Numbered from the stretch's first letter, positions 1 through 10,662 are shown. The stretch: 64,000 bases of DNA from a bacterium (GCA_965218795.1 OZ244653.1:4544001-4608000); one strand, 5' to 3'. The notes: generated by a model not told the origin, from the sequence alone. Numbers and translations are program-made.

Positions 1-2040
1 AGTCCCCGGATACTCGATGATGGCCGGACCAGGAACCGTCCACCCGGCCCGGAGCGCTCCGCCCTCATAGATGGGCGTAGGTACGCTTCCGCCCTGTTCC
101 GGAAAATAGACGTCGCGGGTCTCTTTCCGCGCAGCCTCCGCGTCTCCTTTCTCCATGGGGTATTCCCGGAGTTGACAGGGGTTCATCAGCCCGACCGCTT
201 CGACCCGGAAGGTCGTGATCTCCACGCCCGCCTCCCGGAAAGCCGATCCGGGGCCGTACCGCTGCTCATATCGCGCCTCGAAGTCCGCTACGAATGAATC
301 CACAGCCTGTTCATCCAGCTCCCCGTCCAAGATGGGGATCAGCACTTCGTTTGTCTGGCGGCGAAATCGAAAGTCAGCGCTCCGATATAACCGCATGCGA
401 TCCGGGGGGATATCGTTGGCCTCCAGGGCTTGACGGCCCTGTTCCTCCAGCTTTTCGAAGAGCTCGTTGATCCGCCCGGGAGACAGGTGCTTGGACGCCA
501 CATCGAAGTGAGCGGGGGTCCGCATCAAGTCTGATATTTCGAAAGTGTAATGAAGGTCTGAGGCCACCGCCCCGAAGGCGGAATGAACCGTCGCGGTCAC
601 GGGAACCAGGATCTTCTGGACGTGGAGTTCCGCGCCGTAGGCGCTGCAATGGACGGGTCCGGCGCCTCCGTAGGCATACAGCACAAAGTCCCTTGGGTCA
701 TGACCCTTCTCGAGGGTGAGCCGCCGGAGCAGATCGGCCATCCGGTTGTCGATGACCCTCCGGATCCCCGCCGCGGCCTCCGGCACCGAAATCCCCAGGG
801 GTTCGGCAACGTACCTCCGGAGCGCCTCTTCCGCCTTTGGCCGGTTGAGGGGGATTCGCCCCCCCAAGAAATAGTCCGGGTTCAGAATTCCGAGAACCAG
901 GTCGGCGTCGGTGACGGTGGGGCGCTCCCCGCCGCGACCATAGCAAACCGGACCGGGATCGGCCCCAGCGCTTTCCGGACCAACGGTCAAATGTCCCCCT
1001 TCCACGCGGGCAATGGAGCCTCCTCCGGCCCCGATCGTGTCAATGCTGATCATTGGCGTCAGGATGTGATACTTCTCGACGGTCGTGATGGTTGAGAGAA
1101 GCGGCCGCCCATCCACAACGAGACCCGCGTCGAAACTCGTCCCGCCCATATCGGTCGTGATGATGTGGGAATGGCCCAACACCTTTCCCAGGGAAAGAGA
1201 GCCGACGACGCCTCCTGTCGGCCCGGACGTGAGAAGCGTCACCGCCTTGGTGGGGGCTTCGTCCGCGGTGACGACCCCTCCGATGGAATTCATGATGAGG
1301 AAGGGTCCCTTCAGCCCCTTGTCTTGAAGCCCCGTTTGAAGCCGGCCGATATAGGTTCCGATGACGGACCGGAGATATGCGTTGATGGCCGTCGTCGCCG
1401 TCCGTTCGTACTCGCGGATGACGGGAATGACGTCGCTCGACAAGCTGATTTCGATCTCCGGGGCCTCCTGGCGGAGAATCTCCCGAACCCGGCGTTCATG
1501 GGCCGGATTCTTGAAGGACCAAAGGAGACAGACGGCCGCGGTCCGGACGCCGGCGTTCGCCATGGCACGGGCGGCATGCCGGACGTCCTCTTCCTGAAGC
1601 GGCACGATTTCCGCCCCCTTGTAATCCACGCGCTCCGTCACTTCGAAAATCAGTTCCGGTGGGATGATGGGTTCCGGGTACGCTCTCAGGCTGTAGCGGG
1701 ACATTTGCTCCTCGCGAAGCCCGGCCGTCATCCCGAGCATGCGCTGAATCAAGAGCGTATCCCGGAAACCTCGGGTTGTGATGAGGCCCGTCCTGGAGCC
1801 TTTTCGCTCGATGAAGGCGTTGGTCGCCGCGGTGGTTCCATGCCCGAAGTAAGCCGTCTCGGAAAGGAGCTCCTCCAGCGGAAGCCCCAAGTCGGACGCC
1901 CCGAGGCGGAGTCCTTCCACAACCCCCTCGCCCAGGTCTGCCGGTGTGGAGGAGGTCTTATAGGTGCGGAGATTTCCCTCATCGTCCAAGACGACCACAT
2001 CCGTGAACGTGCCGCCGATATCAACACCCACCGAGTACAA
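1..2040 (-). CDS. Hydantoinase/5-oxoprolinase subunit A (3' end runs off window; absent from ORF track)
   Basis: TTG at 2040 after AGAGGAGG; translates YSVGVDIGGTFTDVV, internal DMGGTSFD, and GPAIIEYPGT at the window edge. Confidence 0.9.
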   Translation of the reverse strand, partial: MYSVGVDIGGTFTDVVVLDDEGNLRTYKTSSTPADLGEGVVEGLRLGASDLGLPLEELLSETAYFGHGTTAATNAFIERKGSRTGLITTRGFRDTLLIQRMLGMTAGLREEQMSRYSLRAYPEPIIPPELIFEVTERVDYKGAEIVPLQEEDVRHAARAMANAGVRTAAVCLLWSFKNPAHERRVREILRQEAPEIEISLSSDVIPVIREYERTATTAINAYLRSVIGTYIGRLQTGLQDKGLKGPFLIMNSIGGVVTADEAPTKAVTLLTSGPTGGVVGSLSLGKVLGHSHIITTDMGGTSFDAGLVVDGRPLLSTITTVEKYHILTPMISIDTIGAGGGSIARVEGGHLTVGPESAGADPGPVCYGRGGERPTVTDADLVLGILNPDYFLGGRIPLNRPKAEEALRRYVAEPLGISVPEAAAGIRRVIDNRMADLLRRLTLEKGHDPRDFVLYAYGGAGPVHCSAYGAELHVQKILVPVTATVHSAFGAVASDLHYTFEISDLMRTPAHFDVASKHLSPGRINELFEKLEEQGRQALEANDIPPDRMRLYRSADFRFRRQTNEVLIPILDGELDEQAVDSFVADFEARYEQRYGPGSAFREAGVEITTFRVEAVGLMNPCQLREYPMEKGDAEAARKETRDVYFPEQGGSVPTPIYEGGALRAGWTVPGPAIIEYPGT

Positions 2041-2092
2041 GGGGAGGAACCTCCTCTACACGGATGACTTTTGCGTCATCCAGAAAACAAGA

Positions 2093-3034
2093 TCAGCGGT
2101 TGGATACATTGTAGGGGACTCCTAAAGCCGCGGGAAGCCGAGTCTTGCCAATCAACCCGACCAGGGCCACAACGGTCGCAACGTACGGTAGCATCAACAG
2201 GATTTGATAGGGAATATCCAGCCCTATGGCCTGAAGCCTCAGTTGCAGGGCCTCGGCGGCTCCGAACAGAAGGGCTGCGCCCAGTGCTCCGAACGGATTC
2301 AGACGTCCGAAAATGACCACGGCCAGGGCGATGAACCCTCGGCCCGCGATCATATTGTCGCTGAACAGATTGAGCGGACCCAGAGACAGATAGGCGCCCC
2401 CGAGACCCGCGAAGAGCCCGGCCAGGAGGACCGACAGATATCGAATCGGCGCTACCCTGATTCCCGCAATGTCGGCTGCGAGCGGGTGCTCTCCGAGGCT
2501 TCGCACCTGAAGTCCGATGGTCGTACGGAACAGGATGAACCAAAGCAGGGGCACGAGCGCGAAGGCCACATAAACCAGCGGTACCTGGTTGAAAAAGACA
2601 GGCCCAATGAACGGGAGATCCTCGAGCCAGGGGATCCCCAGGGGAAACATGCGACTCGTCTCCACTTGAGGCGGAGTCAGGCCGAAAATGATGCGATAAA
2701 AAGAGCTCGTCAACCCGACTGCGAAGATGTTGAGGGCAATCCCGCTCACGATTTGATCCACTCCGAGCGTCACGCTCAAATACGCGCTGATGAGAGCCAG
2801 AAAGAGGCCCCCCGCCATTCCGGCCAGGATTCCAGTAGAGAGACTGTCGGTTAGGTGCAATCCGAGAAACCCGCAGAAGGCCCCCATGAGCATCATCCCC
2901 TCAAGCCCGATATTGAAGACCCCGGACCGCTCGCTCACAATCTCGCCGAGAGACGCAAGCAGAAGGGGGGTCGCCATGCGAATGGTGGCGAAGAGAAAAC
3001 TGACCCAGAAGACTTCTTTGAGAAATGCTTCCAC
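2093..3034 (-). CDS. ABC permease, nucleoside/BMP type
   Basis: ERSGVFNIGLEG and GRGFIALA motifs; hydrophobic. Confidence 0.9.
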   Translation of the reverse strand: MEAFLKEVFWVSFLFATIRMATPLLLASLGEIVSERSGVFNIGLEGMMLMGAFCGFLGLHLTDSLSTGILAGMAGGLFLALISAYLSVTLGVDQIVSGIALNIFAVGLTSSFYRIIFGLTPPQVETSRMFPLGIPWLEDLPFIGPVFFNQVPLVYVAFALVPLLWFILFRTTIGLQVRSLGEHPLAADIAGIRVAPIRYLSVLLAGLFAGLGGAYLSLGPLNLFSDNMIAGRGFIALAVVIFGRLNPFGALGAALLFGAAEALQLRLQAIGLDIPYQILLMLPYVATVVALVGLIGKTRLPAALGVPYNVSNR

Positions 3035-3039
3035 GATGA

Positions 3040-4113
3040 CTACGTTCCCGGTGAGGGCTGGAGTCGCGGGAGCTTCCGGATCAGGAAGCTCCGACCGACG
3101 ACGAAGATGACGATCAGGCCCTCGATCACCAACACCATGGCCGCGGGCACTTTGGCCTCATACTGCATGGCGCTGCTGCCGATCTCGAGGGCGCCGAAGA
3201 GAAATGCCGCCAGGATGATCTTCATGGGATGCAGTTCGCCCAGGAGGGCCACGGCAATGGCCGTGTATCCAAATCCCGGGGAGATATGTTCCAGCATTCG
3301 TCGGTGGATCCCCGCCACCTCGTTCATCCCGGCCAGCCCGGCGAATCCGCCACCCAGGATCATTGAGCCCACAATGATTCGCTCGACCGGGATGCGACCG
3401 TATCGGGCCACCCGTTCCCCCTCGCCGACCACACGAATTTCATATCCGATGATCATCCTTCGGAGCAGCAGGTAGACGACGAGGGATGCGGCCAATGCGA
3501 CCAGGGCGCCGGCGTGAAGGCGCGTGCCCGTCAGAAGTTTCGGGAGTTGAGCGGAGGTCGCGAAGATGGGAGTCCACGGAAACGCCCCTTCGGGATCCCG
3601 CAATGGGCCGTTGACGAAAAGCCCCGCCACGTAGATGCCGATGTAATTGAACATGATAGTGGTGATGATTTCATTCGCCCCCCAGCGGGCCTTCAAAAAT
3701 CCGGCCATACCTCCCCAAACCGCCCCGCCGAGAAACCCGCCGGCAATCACGAGGAGGATCGACAAGGGGCCCAGGGTGTCTCCGATCCACAGAGCCGTAA
3801 CGGTGGCCATCAACGCCCCGATGTAGAGCTGACCCTCCGCACCGATGTTGTAGACCTTGGCCCGGAAACAGATTGCGGTCCCCAGCGCGGCGAAGAGGAG
3901 GGGACAGGTCCGGGACACGGTCTCGCTCAGGCCGTATACGCTGCCAAACGCCCCGATAACGAGAGAGCGGTAGGCGAGCAAGGGGTTGGCGCCCGTCGCC
4001 GCGATCAGAAACCCGCCCACGATCAGTGCGGCCAGGACGGCCCACAGTGGGACCAGCGCCTGAACGGCGGTCACAATCCCGTATCGCCATCGCTTCTGAG
4101 AAAGCCGGGCCAT
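3040..4113 (-). CDS. ABC permease, nucleoside/BMP type
   Basis: NIGAEGQ, NEIITTIM, GFGYTAIAVALLG. Confidence 0.9.
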   Translation of the reverse strand: MARLSQKRWRYGIVTAVQALVPLWAVLAALIVGGFLIAATGANPLLAYRSLVIGAFGSVYGLSETVSRTCPLLFAALGTAICFRAKVYNIGAEGQLYIGALMATVTALWIGDTLGPLSILLVIAGGFLGGAVWGGMAGFLKARWGANEIITTIMFNYIGIYVAGLFVNGPLRDPEGAFPWTPIFATSAQLPKLLTGTRLHAGALVALAASLVVYLLLRRMIIGYEIRVVGEGERVARYGRIPVERIIVGSMILGGGFAGLAGMNEVAGIHRRMLEHISPGFGYTAIAVALLGELHPMKIILAAFLFGALEIGSSAMQYEAKVPAAMVLVIEGLIVIFVVGRSFLIRKLPRLQPSPGT

Positions 4114-5666
4114 CAGGGTTCCCCGGACCTCTCCGAGTGGGCTGCACGGGAGGATGCCGTCCGCATACCCGCCATCATCAAACCAATCCCATCGAGATGT
4201 TCCTCCGGGCGGGTGACTACATCCATCAACTCCCCTTCGTACAGGACGCCGACCCGGTCGCTCAGGGCGAGGACCTCGGAGAGATCCGTCGAGATCAGGA
4301 GAATCCCGGTGCCCCGTTCCCGCTCCTCGAGCAGGCGGCGATGGACGAACTCGGTGGCCGCGATATCAAGGCCCCGCGTCGGTTGGACGGCGACGATGAA
4401 ATCCGGCCCGGCGTGCAACTCACGGGCGAGAATCATCTTTTGTTGATTTCCCCCGGAGAGAAAACGAATCGGGACTTCCGTGTTCACGGTGGCCACATCG
4501 AACTCGTCAACGAGACGTTCGGCGTGGGGTCGGACCTCTCGGCTGAGAAATCCCCTTCGATTGAAAGGAGGGGACCGATGAAAGCCGAGAATGGAGTTCT
4601 CGGCGACGGAAAGCCCTTTGGCGAGTCCCTGCTCCAAGCGGTCCTCGGGGATGTGGGCCAGGCCGCGATCGGATCGGTCCCGGCCTTTTCGCTCCATGAT
4701 GTTTTCTCCGGCAAGGGAAATTCGTCCTCCGGCCGTCGGGCGCAAGCCCGTAATGACCTCCGCCAGTTCGGTTTGGCCGTTCCCCGCAACGCCCGCGATG
4801 CCGAAGATTTCTCCCGAATGCACGGAAAACGAGACCCGGTCCAGGGCCGGTGTCCCCCGGTCGCTCACGACTTCCAGTTCGTCCACTCGCAGGAGCGGAT
4901 CTCCGGGGTCTCTCGAAGACTTCCGGACCGTCAGCGAGACTTCCCGGCCGACCATCATTTGCGCCAGCGCCTCTCTCGTGGTCTCGCTCGTTTGGACTGT
5001 CCGGATCACCTTCCCGTCCCGAAGGACGGTGATTCGATCGCTGATGTCCATGACCTCGTCCAGCTTATGGCTGATGAAAATGACCGAAAGCCCCCTGTCC
5101 TTGAGCGCGCGCAGTACGCCGAACAGCTCGGTGACCTCCTGAGGGGTGAGAACCGAAGTGGGTTCGTCCAGAATCAGGATACGGGGCTCCCGGTTCAGAG
5201 CCTTGATGATTTCCACCCGTTGCTGCGCCCCGACGGATAACGCTGCGACCGTCGCATGCGGGTCAACCAAAAGGCCGTATTCGCGGGAGAGTGCGGCCAG
5301 CCGTGACTTGACGGCCTTGGCGTCCAGCAGGAGTCCCCGTGACGATCGGACGCCCAACATGATGTTCTCGGCGACGGTGAAGGACTGGATGAGCATGAAG
5401 TGCTGATGGACCATGCCGATCCCGCGGGCCGCGGCATCGTGAGGAGATCGGAACGAGACCGGCTCTCCCTGAAGGGAAATGGTCCCCTCGTCCGGCGGGA
5501 GGAGTCCATACAGAACGCCCATCAGCGTCGTCTTGCCGGCGCCGTTTTCTCCCAGGAGGGCGTGAACTTCTCCGGTGTTCAGGTCAAAGTCCACATGATC
5601 GTTGGCCACCACCCGGCCAAATCGCTTCGTGATTCCCTCAAGACGTACCAGTGGCGTCACGCCCAT
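4113..5666 (-). CDS. ABC ATP-binding protein, double NBD
   Basis: GENGAGKT, ILDEPT, LSGGNQQK, QPTRGLD. Confidence 0.95.
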   Translation of the reverse strand: MGVTPLVRLEGITKRFGRVVANDHVDFDLNTGEVHALLGENGAGKTTLMGVLYGLLPPDEGTISLQGEPVSFRSPHDAAARGIGMVHQHFMLIQSFTVAENIMLGVRSSRGLLLDAKAVKSRLAALSREYGLLVDPHATVAALSVGAQQRVEIIKALNREPRILILDEPTSVLTPQEVTELFGVLRALKDRGLSVIFISHKLDEVMDISDRITVLRDGKVIRTVQTSETTREALAQMMVGREVSLTVRKSSRDPGDPLLRVDELEVVSDRGTPALDRVSFSVHSGEIFGIAGVAGNGQTELAEVITGLRPTAGGRISLAGENIMERKGRDRSDRGLAHIPEDRLEQGLAKGLSVAENSILGFHRSPPFNRRGFLSREVRPHAERLVDEFDVATVNTEVPIRFLSGGNQQKMILARELHAGPDFIVAVQPTRGLDIAATEFVHRRLLEERERGTGILLISTDLSEVLALSDRVGVLYEGELMDVVTRPEEHLDGIGLMMAGMRTASSRAAHSERSGEP

Positions 5667-5731
5667 CCGTCTCCGCGACTGAGTTTCCGCCAGGGCAGGG
5701 GGCTTTCTAGGGTCTGCCGATTCGAGAGGAT

Positions 5732-6742
5732 TTATTTCGGCGGCTTCTGGTCGAACTTCACCTTGATCTTTCCGCTCAAAATGTCCTGTTTCGCCTTGGC
5801 GAGCCTGCTCTTGATTTCAGCGGAAACCTTGTTTTCATACGCATGGAACGGCGCCAACTCGGCCCCGCCTTCTTTCAGGCTGACTTTGTAGATGAGCTTT
5901 CCGTAAGTGCCTTTCCGCGCATCTTTGATGAATCGCTCGATGATGGGCTCCATCCGCCAGACCACGCTCGTGATGACCACGCCCGGGGCGATTTTGTTTT
6001 TGTCCCGATGAATGCCGACGACGGGAATGTTCCTCTCCTTGCAGGCCTGAATCGTCCCAAGGCCCGTTCCATTTCCGAGGGAAAAGACGACGTCCACGCC
6101 GTTGTCGATCATGGCGAGGGTGGCCTCTTTGGCCTTGACCGGGGCTTCGAAGGATCCAACCCAAGTGACGATGAACCGGGCACTGGGATTGGCGGCCTTG
6201 ACGCCTTGTTTGAATCCGTTGATGTTCTCGTTGAAATCAGGGATCTTCAGGGCGGCCGTCACACCCACCTTATTGTTTTTTGTATAAAGTCCCGCGAGCA
6301 TCCCCGCCAGGAAGGAAGTCTCATGTGCGTCCACGTCGTACACGTTGACGTTTTCGGCATGGTCCTTGGGTCCGGCGGGGCAGCAGCGAGCGAACTTCAC
6401 CTGCGGAAAGTCCTTGGCCACCCCCATCGTGACCTTGGCGTAGGCCTGGGCGTGGGCGACAATCAGATTGAATCCTCGGGAAGCGTAACCTCGGATGACA
6501 CGTTCGGCGTCCGCTGGCGTGACGTTCTCGGAGTACTCAATCTGGAGATTGTACTTGTCCTTCAGATTGACCACGCTTTCGTACATCATCGAATTCCAGC
6601 CCTGATCGGTGATCTTCCCGAACAGGACCATTGCTACTTTGAACTTTTTTCCGGCCCCCCAGCCCTCTTTCAAGCCGGTTCCAAACAAGACCACAATTGC
6701 GGTCACAACCATGAGACAAATGATTTGGCGAACGGCTTTCAT
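5732..6742 (-). CDS. BMP-family ABC substrate-binding protein
   Basis: Signal peptide, DQGWN, FLAGMLAG, VITSV; RBS GGGAGG. Confidence 0.9.
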   Translation of the reverse strand: MKAVRQIICLMVVTAIVVLFGTGLKEGWGAGKKFKVAMVLFGKITDQGWNSMMYESVVNLKDKYNLQIEYSENVTPADAERVIRGYASRGFNLIVAHAQAYAKVTMGVAKDFPQVKFARCCPAGPKDHAENVNVYDVDAHETSFLAGMLAGLYTKNNKVGVTAALKIPDFNENINGFKQGVKAANPSARFIVTWVGSFEAPVKAKEATLAMIDNGVDVVFSLGNGTGLGTIQACKERNIPVVGIHRDKNKIAPGVVITSVVWRMEPIIERFIKDARKGTYGKLIYKVSLKEGGAELAPFHAYENKVSAEIKSRLAKAKQDILSGKIKVKFDQKPPK

Positions 6743-6932
6743 CTTTGCGCCTCCCTCTTGGGTGTGGGGCTAACGGATTGCCTTGGGAACACCCTGATTT
6801 TCGCCTTGAAGTCTCGGAAATCAGGGAAATGCAGGGGAAAGGTTCCCCGACTATCATGGTCCGGCTTTTCTCCCCCGATTTCATGAGTTCAGGGGAGAGA
6901 GGTCGTCGATCGGATTTTTACCAATGATGATT

Positions 6933-6962
6933 CGGATAGCATTTTTCAATTCCGCTTGTCAA
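6933..6962 (-). promoter_or_regulatory. Putative sigma70 promoter of the BMP-ABC/hydantoinase operon
   Basis: Minus strand TTGACA-N18-TATCCG with TG extension. Confidence 0.35.
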
Positions 6963-7099
6963 CAATAAAACAAGGTGTCCGTGGAGAGGCTTAGCTCCCA
7001 TCATTCAACGCATTCTATTAGACGGACAAGCATGTCTGGGCCGCTCAGAGTTGAATTTCCCGGTGCGCCGGGCCCATCATGAACTCGATGACATTGATA

Positions 7100-7303
7100 T
7101 CAGGCACAAGACGCCCACATAATCCCCCGGTCTCCGCCTTCATCCTTCCAATGCTCCTTCAAGCCCTTCAACAAAACCTCACTCCCCAAGGGCCTGCCGA
7201 TCTTCTCATGATGCCGTATCCGCTCAATCTCCTCCTTATCCCCATTATCGAGATCACTTTTGTTGAGGAACAAGTTCGGACAGGCCCTGAGACCTGCCGC
7301 CAT
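7100..7303 (-). pseudogene. C-terminal remnant of RAYT/IS200-like tyrosine transposase
   Basis: EEIERIRHHEKIGRPLGSE resembles the RHERTGRPLG tail of this family; no HUH domain. Confidence 0.55.
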
Positions 7304-7387
7304 ATCGATTCCATACGGCTATAATGCATAGTGGCTTGAAGTATCCTGATTCGCTCATCACGGATGATTCGTCAGAGGGAGAGAAAT

Positions 7388-8926
7388 TTGCTCGCCAAGG
7401 TATTGTCGGCCGCTGTTCTGGGCATTGATGCCTATGAGGTTGAGGTAGAGGTCGATCTCTCACCCGGCCTGCCCGCATTCACAACCGTCGGTCTTCCCGA
7501 TGCGGCGGTAAAGGAATCGCGCGACCGGGTCGCCGCGGCCGTCAAGAACACGGGCTTTCAGTTTCCCGTCAAGAAGATCACCGTCAATCTTGCGCCGGCC
7601 GACGTGCGGAAGGAAGGCTCGGCCTTCGACCTGCCCATCGCGGTGGGGATCATCCGGGCATCGGGGATGATTGCCGGAGAACAGCTGGCGGGTCATCTGC
7701 TGCTGGGCGAGCTATCGCTGGACGGCCGTATCAAGCCGGTCAAGGGGGCGTTGCCGATCGCCGCGGGCCTGCGAAACCGGAAGGAACTCAACGGTTTGAT
7801 CCTGCCCCGGGAAAACGCGCCCGAGGCGGCGGCTGTTGCGGGGAATCTGCCCGTGCTGGCGGCGGACACGCTGCCTCAGGTGGTGGAATACATGAACGGC
7901 GAGCAGGATCTCGAGCGGGTGGAGGTGGACGCCCGGGCGGAATTCGGCCGCAATCGGAGTCACGATGTGGACCTGGCGGAGATCCGTGGCCAGCAGCACG
8001 CCAAGCGGGCGATGGAGGTGGCCTGCGCGGGTTCTCACAACATTCTGATGATCGGACCTCCGGGCGCGGGAAAATCCATGCTGGCCCAGCGCATCCCGAC
8101 CATCCTCCCCGAGTTGACGCTTGAGGAATCGGTGGAGACGAGCAAGATCCACTCGGTGATGGGCCTCATGGGAGACAACTCGCCGCTGGTGGCCATGCGG
8201 CCCTACCGCCCGCCCCATCACACCATCTCGGATGCGGGGCTGATTGGCGGGGGGAGCTTCCCCATGCCCGGCGAGGTGTCTTTGGCGCACAATGGTGTGC
8301 TCTTCCTCGATGAACTCCCCGAGTTTCGCCGCAACGTTCTGGAGGTCCTCCGTCAGCCGCTGGAAGAAGGGATGGTCACAATCTCTCGCGCCCTCGCCTC
8401 GATTTCCTATCCCGCCCGCTTCATGCTGGCCGCTGCGATGAACCCGTGCCCCTGCGGGTACCTGGGCGACGCGGAGCGGTCGTGTTCGTGCACGCCGCTG
8501 AAGGTGCGGAGTTATCGGTCGCGGGTGTCGGGGCCTCTGCTCGACCGGATCGACATCCACATCGAGGTGCCGCGCGTTCCATACCGGGAGCTTTCAGCGG
8601 ACTCGGGCGGGGAGGACAGCGGGCAGGTGCGGGTGCGGGTCAACCGTGCGCGGGAAGTCCAGCGTTCGCGGTTCAAGGGCAAGAAGATTTTCTGCAACGC
8701 CCACATGGGTCCCCGGCACATCAGTCGCTATTGCGCGATGGGCGAGGAGGAGAGGAAACTCCTGGAGACGGCGATGGAGCGGCTCTCGCTCTCGGCCCGG
8801 GCCTACCACCGCATCATCAAGGTTGCCCGCACCATCGCCGACTTGGCGGGCGACGAGAACATCACCGCTCTCCATCTGGCCGAAGCCATTCAGTACCGCT
8901 CGCTCGACAGGGAAGTGATGGCGTGA
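7388..8926 (+). CDS. comM: ComM/YifB Mg-chelatase-like AAA+ ATPase
   Basis: VGLPDAAVKES, NLAPAD, GPPGAGKS, PHHT, GEVSLAHNGVLFLDE, NPCPCG, LSAR; TTG start after GAGGGAG. Confidence 0.97.
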   Translation: MLAKVLSAAVLGIDAYEVEVEVDLSPGLPAFTTVGLPDAAVKESRDRVAAAVKNTGFQFPVKKITVNLAPADVRKEGSAFDLPIAVGIIRASGMIAGEQLAGHLLLGELSLDGRIKPVKGALPIAAGLRNRKELNGLILPRENAPEAAAVAGNLPVLAADTLPQVVEYMNGEQDLERVEVDARAEFGRNRSHDVDLAEIRGQQHAKRAMEVACAGSHNILMIGPPGAGKSMLAQRIPTILPELTLEESVETSKIHSVMGLMGDNSPLVAMRPYRPPHHTISDAGLIGGGSFPMPGEVSLAHNGVLFLDELPEFRRNVLEVLRQPLEEGMVTISRALASISYPARFMLAAAMNPCPCGYLGDAERSCSCTPLKVRSYRSRVSGPLLDRIDIHIEVPRVPYRELSADSGGEDSGQVRVRVNRAREVQRSRFKGKKIFCNAHMGPRHISRYCAMGEEERKLLETAMERLSLSARAYHRIIKVARTIADLAGDENITALHLAEAIQYRSLDREVMA

Positions 8927-8942
8927 AGGTGTCGTGAGAGGA

Positions 8943-8962
8943 AAGCCGCGCCGCCGCGGCTT
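8943..8962 (+). terminator. Hairpin after comM
   Basis: AAGCCGCG-ccgc-CGCGGCTT; weak U tract. Confidence 0.45.
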
Positions 8963-9169
8963 GGCCCCGTGTTGGAACGCGACTCCGGCCCCGTTACCTG
9001 AAAGCGGGTCATACGGATCAGGTCTATCATTCGCCAATCAAGGACGTGTCCCCATCGAGACTCCGCTCTGTGGGGATTTCTTTGACCCGACTTCTCGGCG
9101 GAATGCATTCGGGAGACAGCGCCTGGGGGGGCGTGTTTGTCGTGAAGTATTGACAAGGAGAGCCATGGA

Positions 9170-9955
9170 ATGACAGTTCTCGTTGAAAAGAAGGACCGGA
9201 TCCTTACGTTGACCATCAATCGGCCGGAGGCGATGAACTCTCTGGATCCCGAGACGAGGAGCCGGCTGTGCGAGTGCTTCGATGAATATCGAGAGGACAA
9301 TGACTTGTGGGTTGCAATCCTGACCGGGGCCGGCGAGCGATCGTTCTGTGCGGGAGCGGACATCAAGAAGACGATCGGCGCCTCATTGAGTCAGGACGTG
9401 TGGAGCCGGCGAAAACCCTTCGTTCACGCGAAGGATCTGTACACCGTTCTCGAGTCCGTGACCAAACCGGTCATTGCCGCCGTCAACGGCTATGCCCTCG
9501 GCGGTGGGCTGGAGTTGGCCCTTTGCTGTGATATCCGAATCGCTTCGGCAACGGCCGGCTTCGGTCTTCCCGAGGTGGGGCTCGGTATCATTCCCGGCGC
9601 GGGCGGGACCCAGCGTCTCTCGCGGGTCGTCGGGGTCGGCCACGCCTTGAACCTGATCCTGATGGGGAAGCGGATCGATTCACAGGAGGCTTACCGAATC
9701 GGTTTGGTCAGTCGCGTCGTCGCTCCGGGAGCGTTGATGGACGCGGCGCAGGACGCGGCCGAGACGCTCTGCAAGCGCGGACCGCTCGCAGTGCGATTCG
9801 CCAAAGAGGCCGTCCTCAAAGGGGCCGATATGACGCTGCGGGACGGGCTTGTGCTGGAGAACCTTCTGTCGAACCTTCTCCGGGGAACCGAGGACGCCGC
9901 CGAGGCAGCCAAGGCGTTCGCCGAAAAGCGGCCGCCCCAATTCAAGGGAGAATAG
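9170..9955 (+). CDS. Enoyl-CoA hydratase/isomerase, copy 1
   Basis: NRPEAMN, FCAGAD, GYALGGGLE, PEVGLGIIPGAGGTQRL. Confidence 0.95.
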   Translation: MTVLVEKKDRILTLTINRPEAMNSLDPETRSRLCECFDEYREDNDLWVAILTGAGERSFCAGADIKKTIGASLSQDVWSRRKPFVHAKDLYTVLESVTKPVIAAVNGYALGGGLELALCCDIRIASATAGFGLPEVGLGIIPGAGGTQRLSRVVGVGHALNLILMGKRIDSQEAYRIGLVSRVVAPGALMDAAQDAAETLCKRGPLAVRFAKEAVLKGADMTLRDGLVLENLLSNLLRGTEDAAEAAKAFAEKRPPQFKGE

Positions 9956-10089
9956 AAGGATTTGACCTGCTTCCGCAGGGTCGGAATGAGCTCGTCTGGA
10001 GATGTCTTCTGGAAGGATGGTGTCCCCAGAATTCACAAAACACTGTCTCTAAGATGTTCTTTTCTGTTTTTGGCACTCCATGGGGCGGA

Positions 10090-10380
10090 TTATATATGCC
10101 GCCCTACATCCATGCTCTGATGCAAAATGCGGATGATCTCCACCATGTCCGATTGCATACGGAAAAACATCACATGCGAACCGACCGCGACCTTGCGGTA
10201 TCCCGCACGGATGTCGTCAGCCGATCGACTGACCAGCATGCCGTTGCTCAACGCCTCACACGCCGCCTGAATATCCCGCGTGTAGTCCTCAGCTTGCACC
10301 TCGCCCCAATGCGTGACGGTGTAGTCCCAGATGTTTTCAAGATCAGCCTGGGCTGCCGGCGATAGCGCATAGCCCGCCAT
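10090..10380 (-). CDS. parE: ParE/RelE-family toxin
   Basis: LSPAAQADLENIWDYT..WGEVQA, IIRILHQSMD. Confidence 0.9.
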   Translation of the reverse strand: MAGYALSPAAQADLENIWDYTVTHWGEVQAEDYTRDIQAACEALSNGMLVSRSADDIRAGYRKVAVGSHVMFFRMQSDMVEIIRILHQSMDVGRHI

Positions 10381-10385
10381 GCCGC

Positions 10386-10628
10386 TCAGGCGGATTTCTT
10401 GCGGGCGATGAACGCATCAAAATCAAACGGCGTCGCCTGGCCGGATTGCTCACCTTCGAGCAGAGCGCCGCGCAGGGCTTCCACTTTGGTTTCGTGCTCT
10501 TCGAGCAGCCGCAGCCCGGCGCGTACCACGTCACTGGCCGATCTGTAGCGACCGGATTCAATCCGCTCGTTGATGAAATCCGTAAAGTGATCCCCGAGTG
10601 AAACCGATGTATTGCGTGGCATAAGCAT
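10386..10628 (-). CDS. parD: ParD-family RHH antitoxin
   Basis: TSVSLGDHF, SGRYRSASDVVRAGLRLLE, GEQSG, FDFDAF. Confidence 0.92.
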   Translation of the reverse strand: MLMPRNTSVSLGDHFTDFINERIESGRYRSASDVVRAGLRLLEEHETKVEALRGALLEGEQSGQATPFDFDAFIARKKSA

Positions 10629-10647
10629 GCCTCCTTCACGCGCACTG

Positions 10648-10662
10648 TACCAAAAATTGGTA
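10648..10662. promoter_or_regulatory. Putative ParD autorepression operator
   Basis: TACCAA-aaa-TTGGTA palindrome just upstream of parD. Confidence 0.55.

Larger units (their letters stand above)
8876..9955 (+). repeat. 1080-bp direct repeat, copy 1 (comM 3' end to ECH stop)
   Basis: Matches 44627-45706; no differences seen by eye, ORF translations identical. Confidence 0.92.

Noticed and set aside
583-2067. Long + strand ORFs here and similar overlapping ORFs (10957, 24608, 38164, 41318, 43306, 48732, 54629)
   Set aside because: Shadow frames of well-supported genes in high-GC DNA, with no motifs
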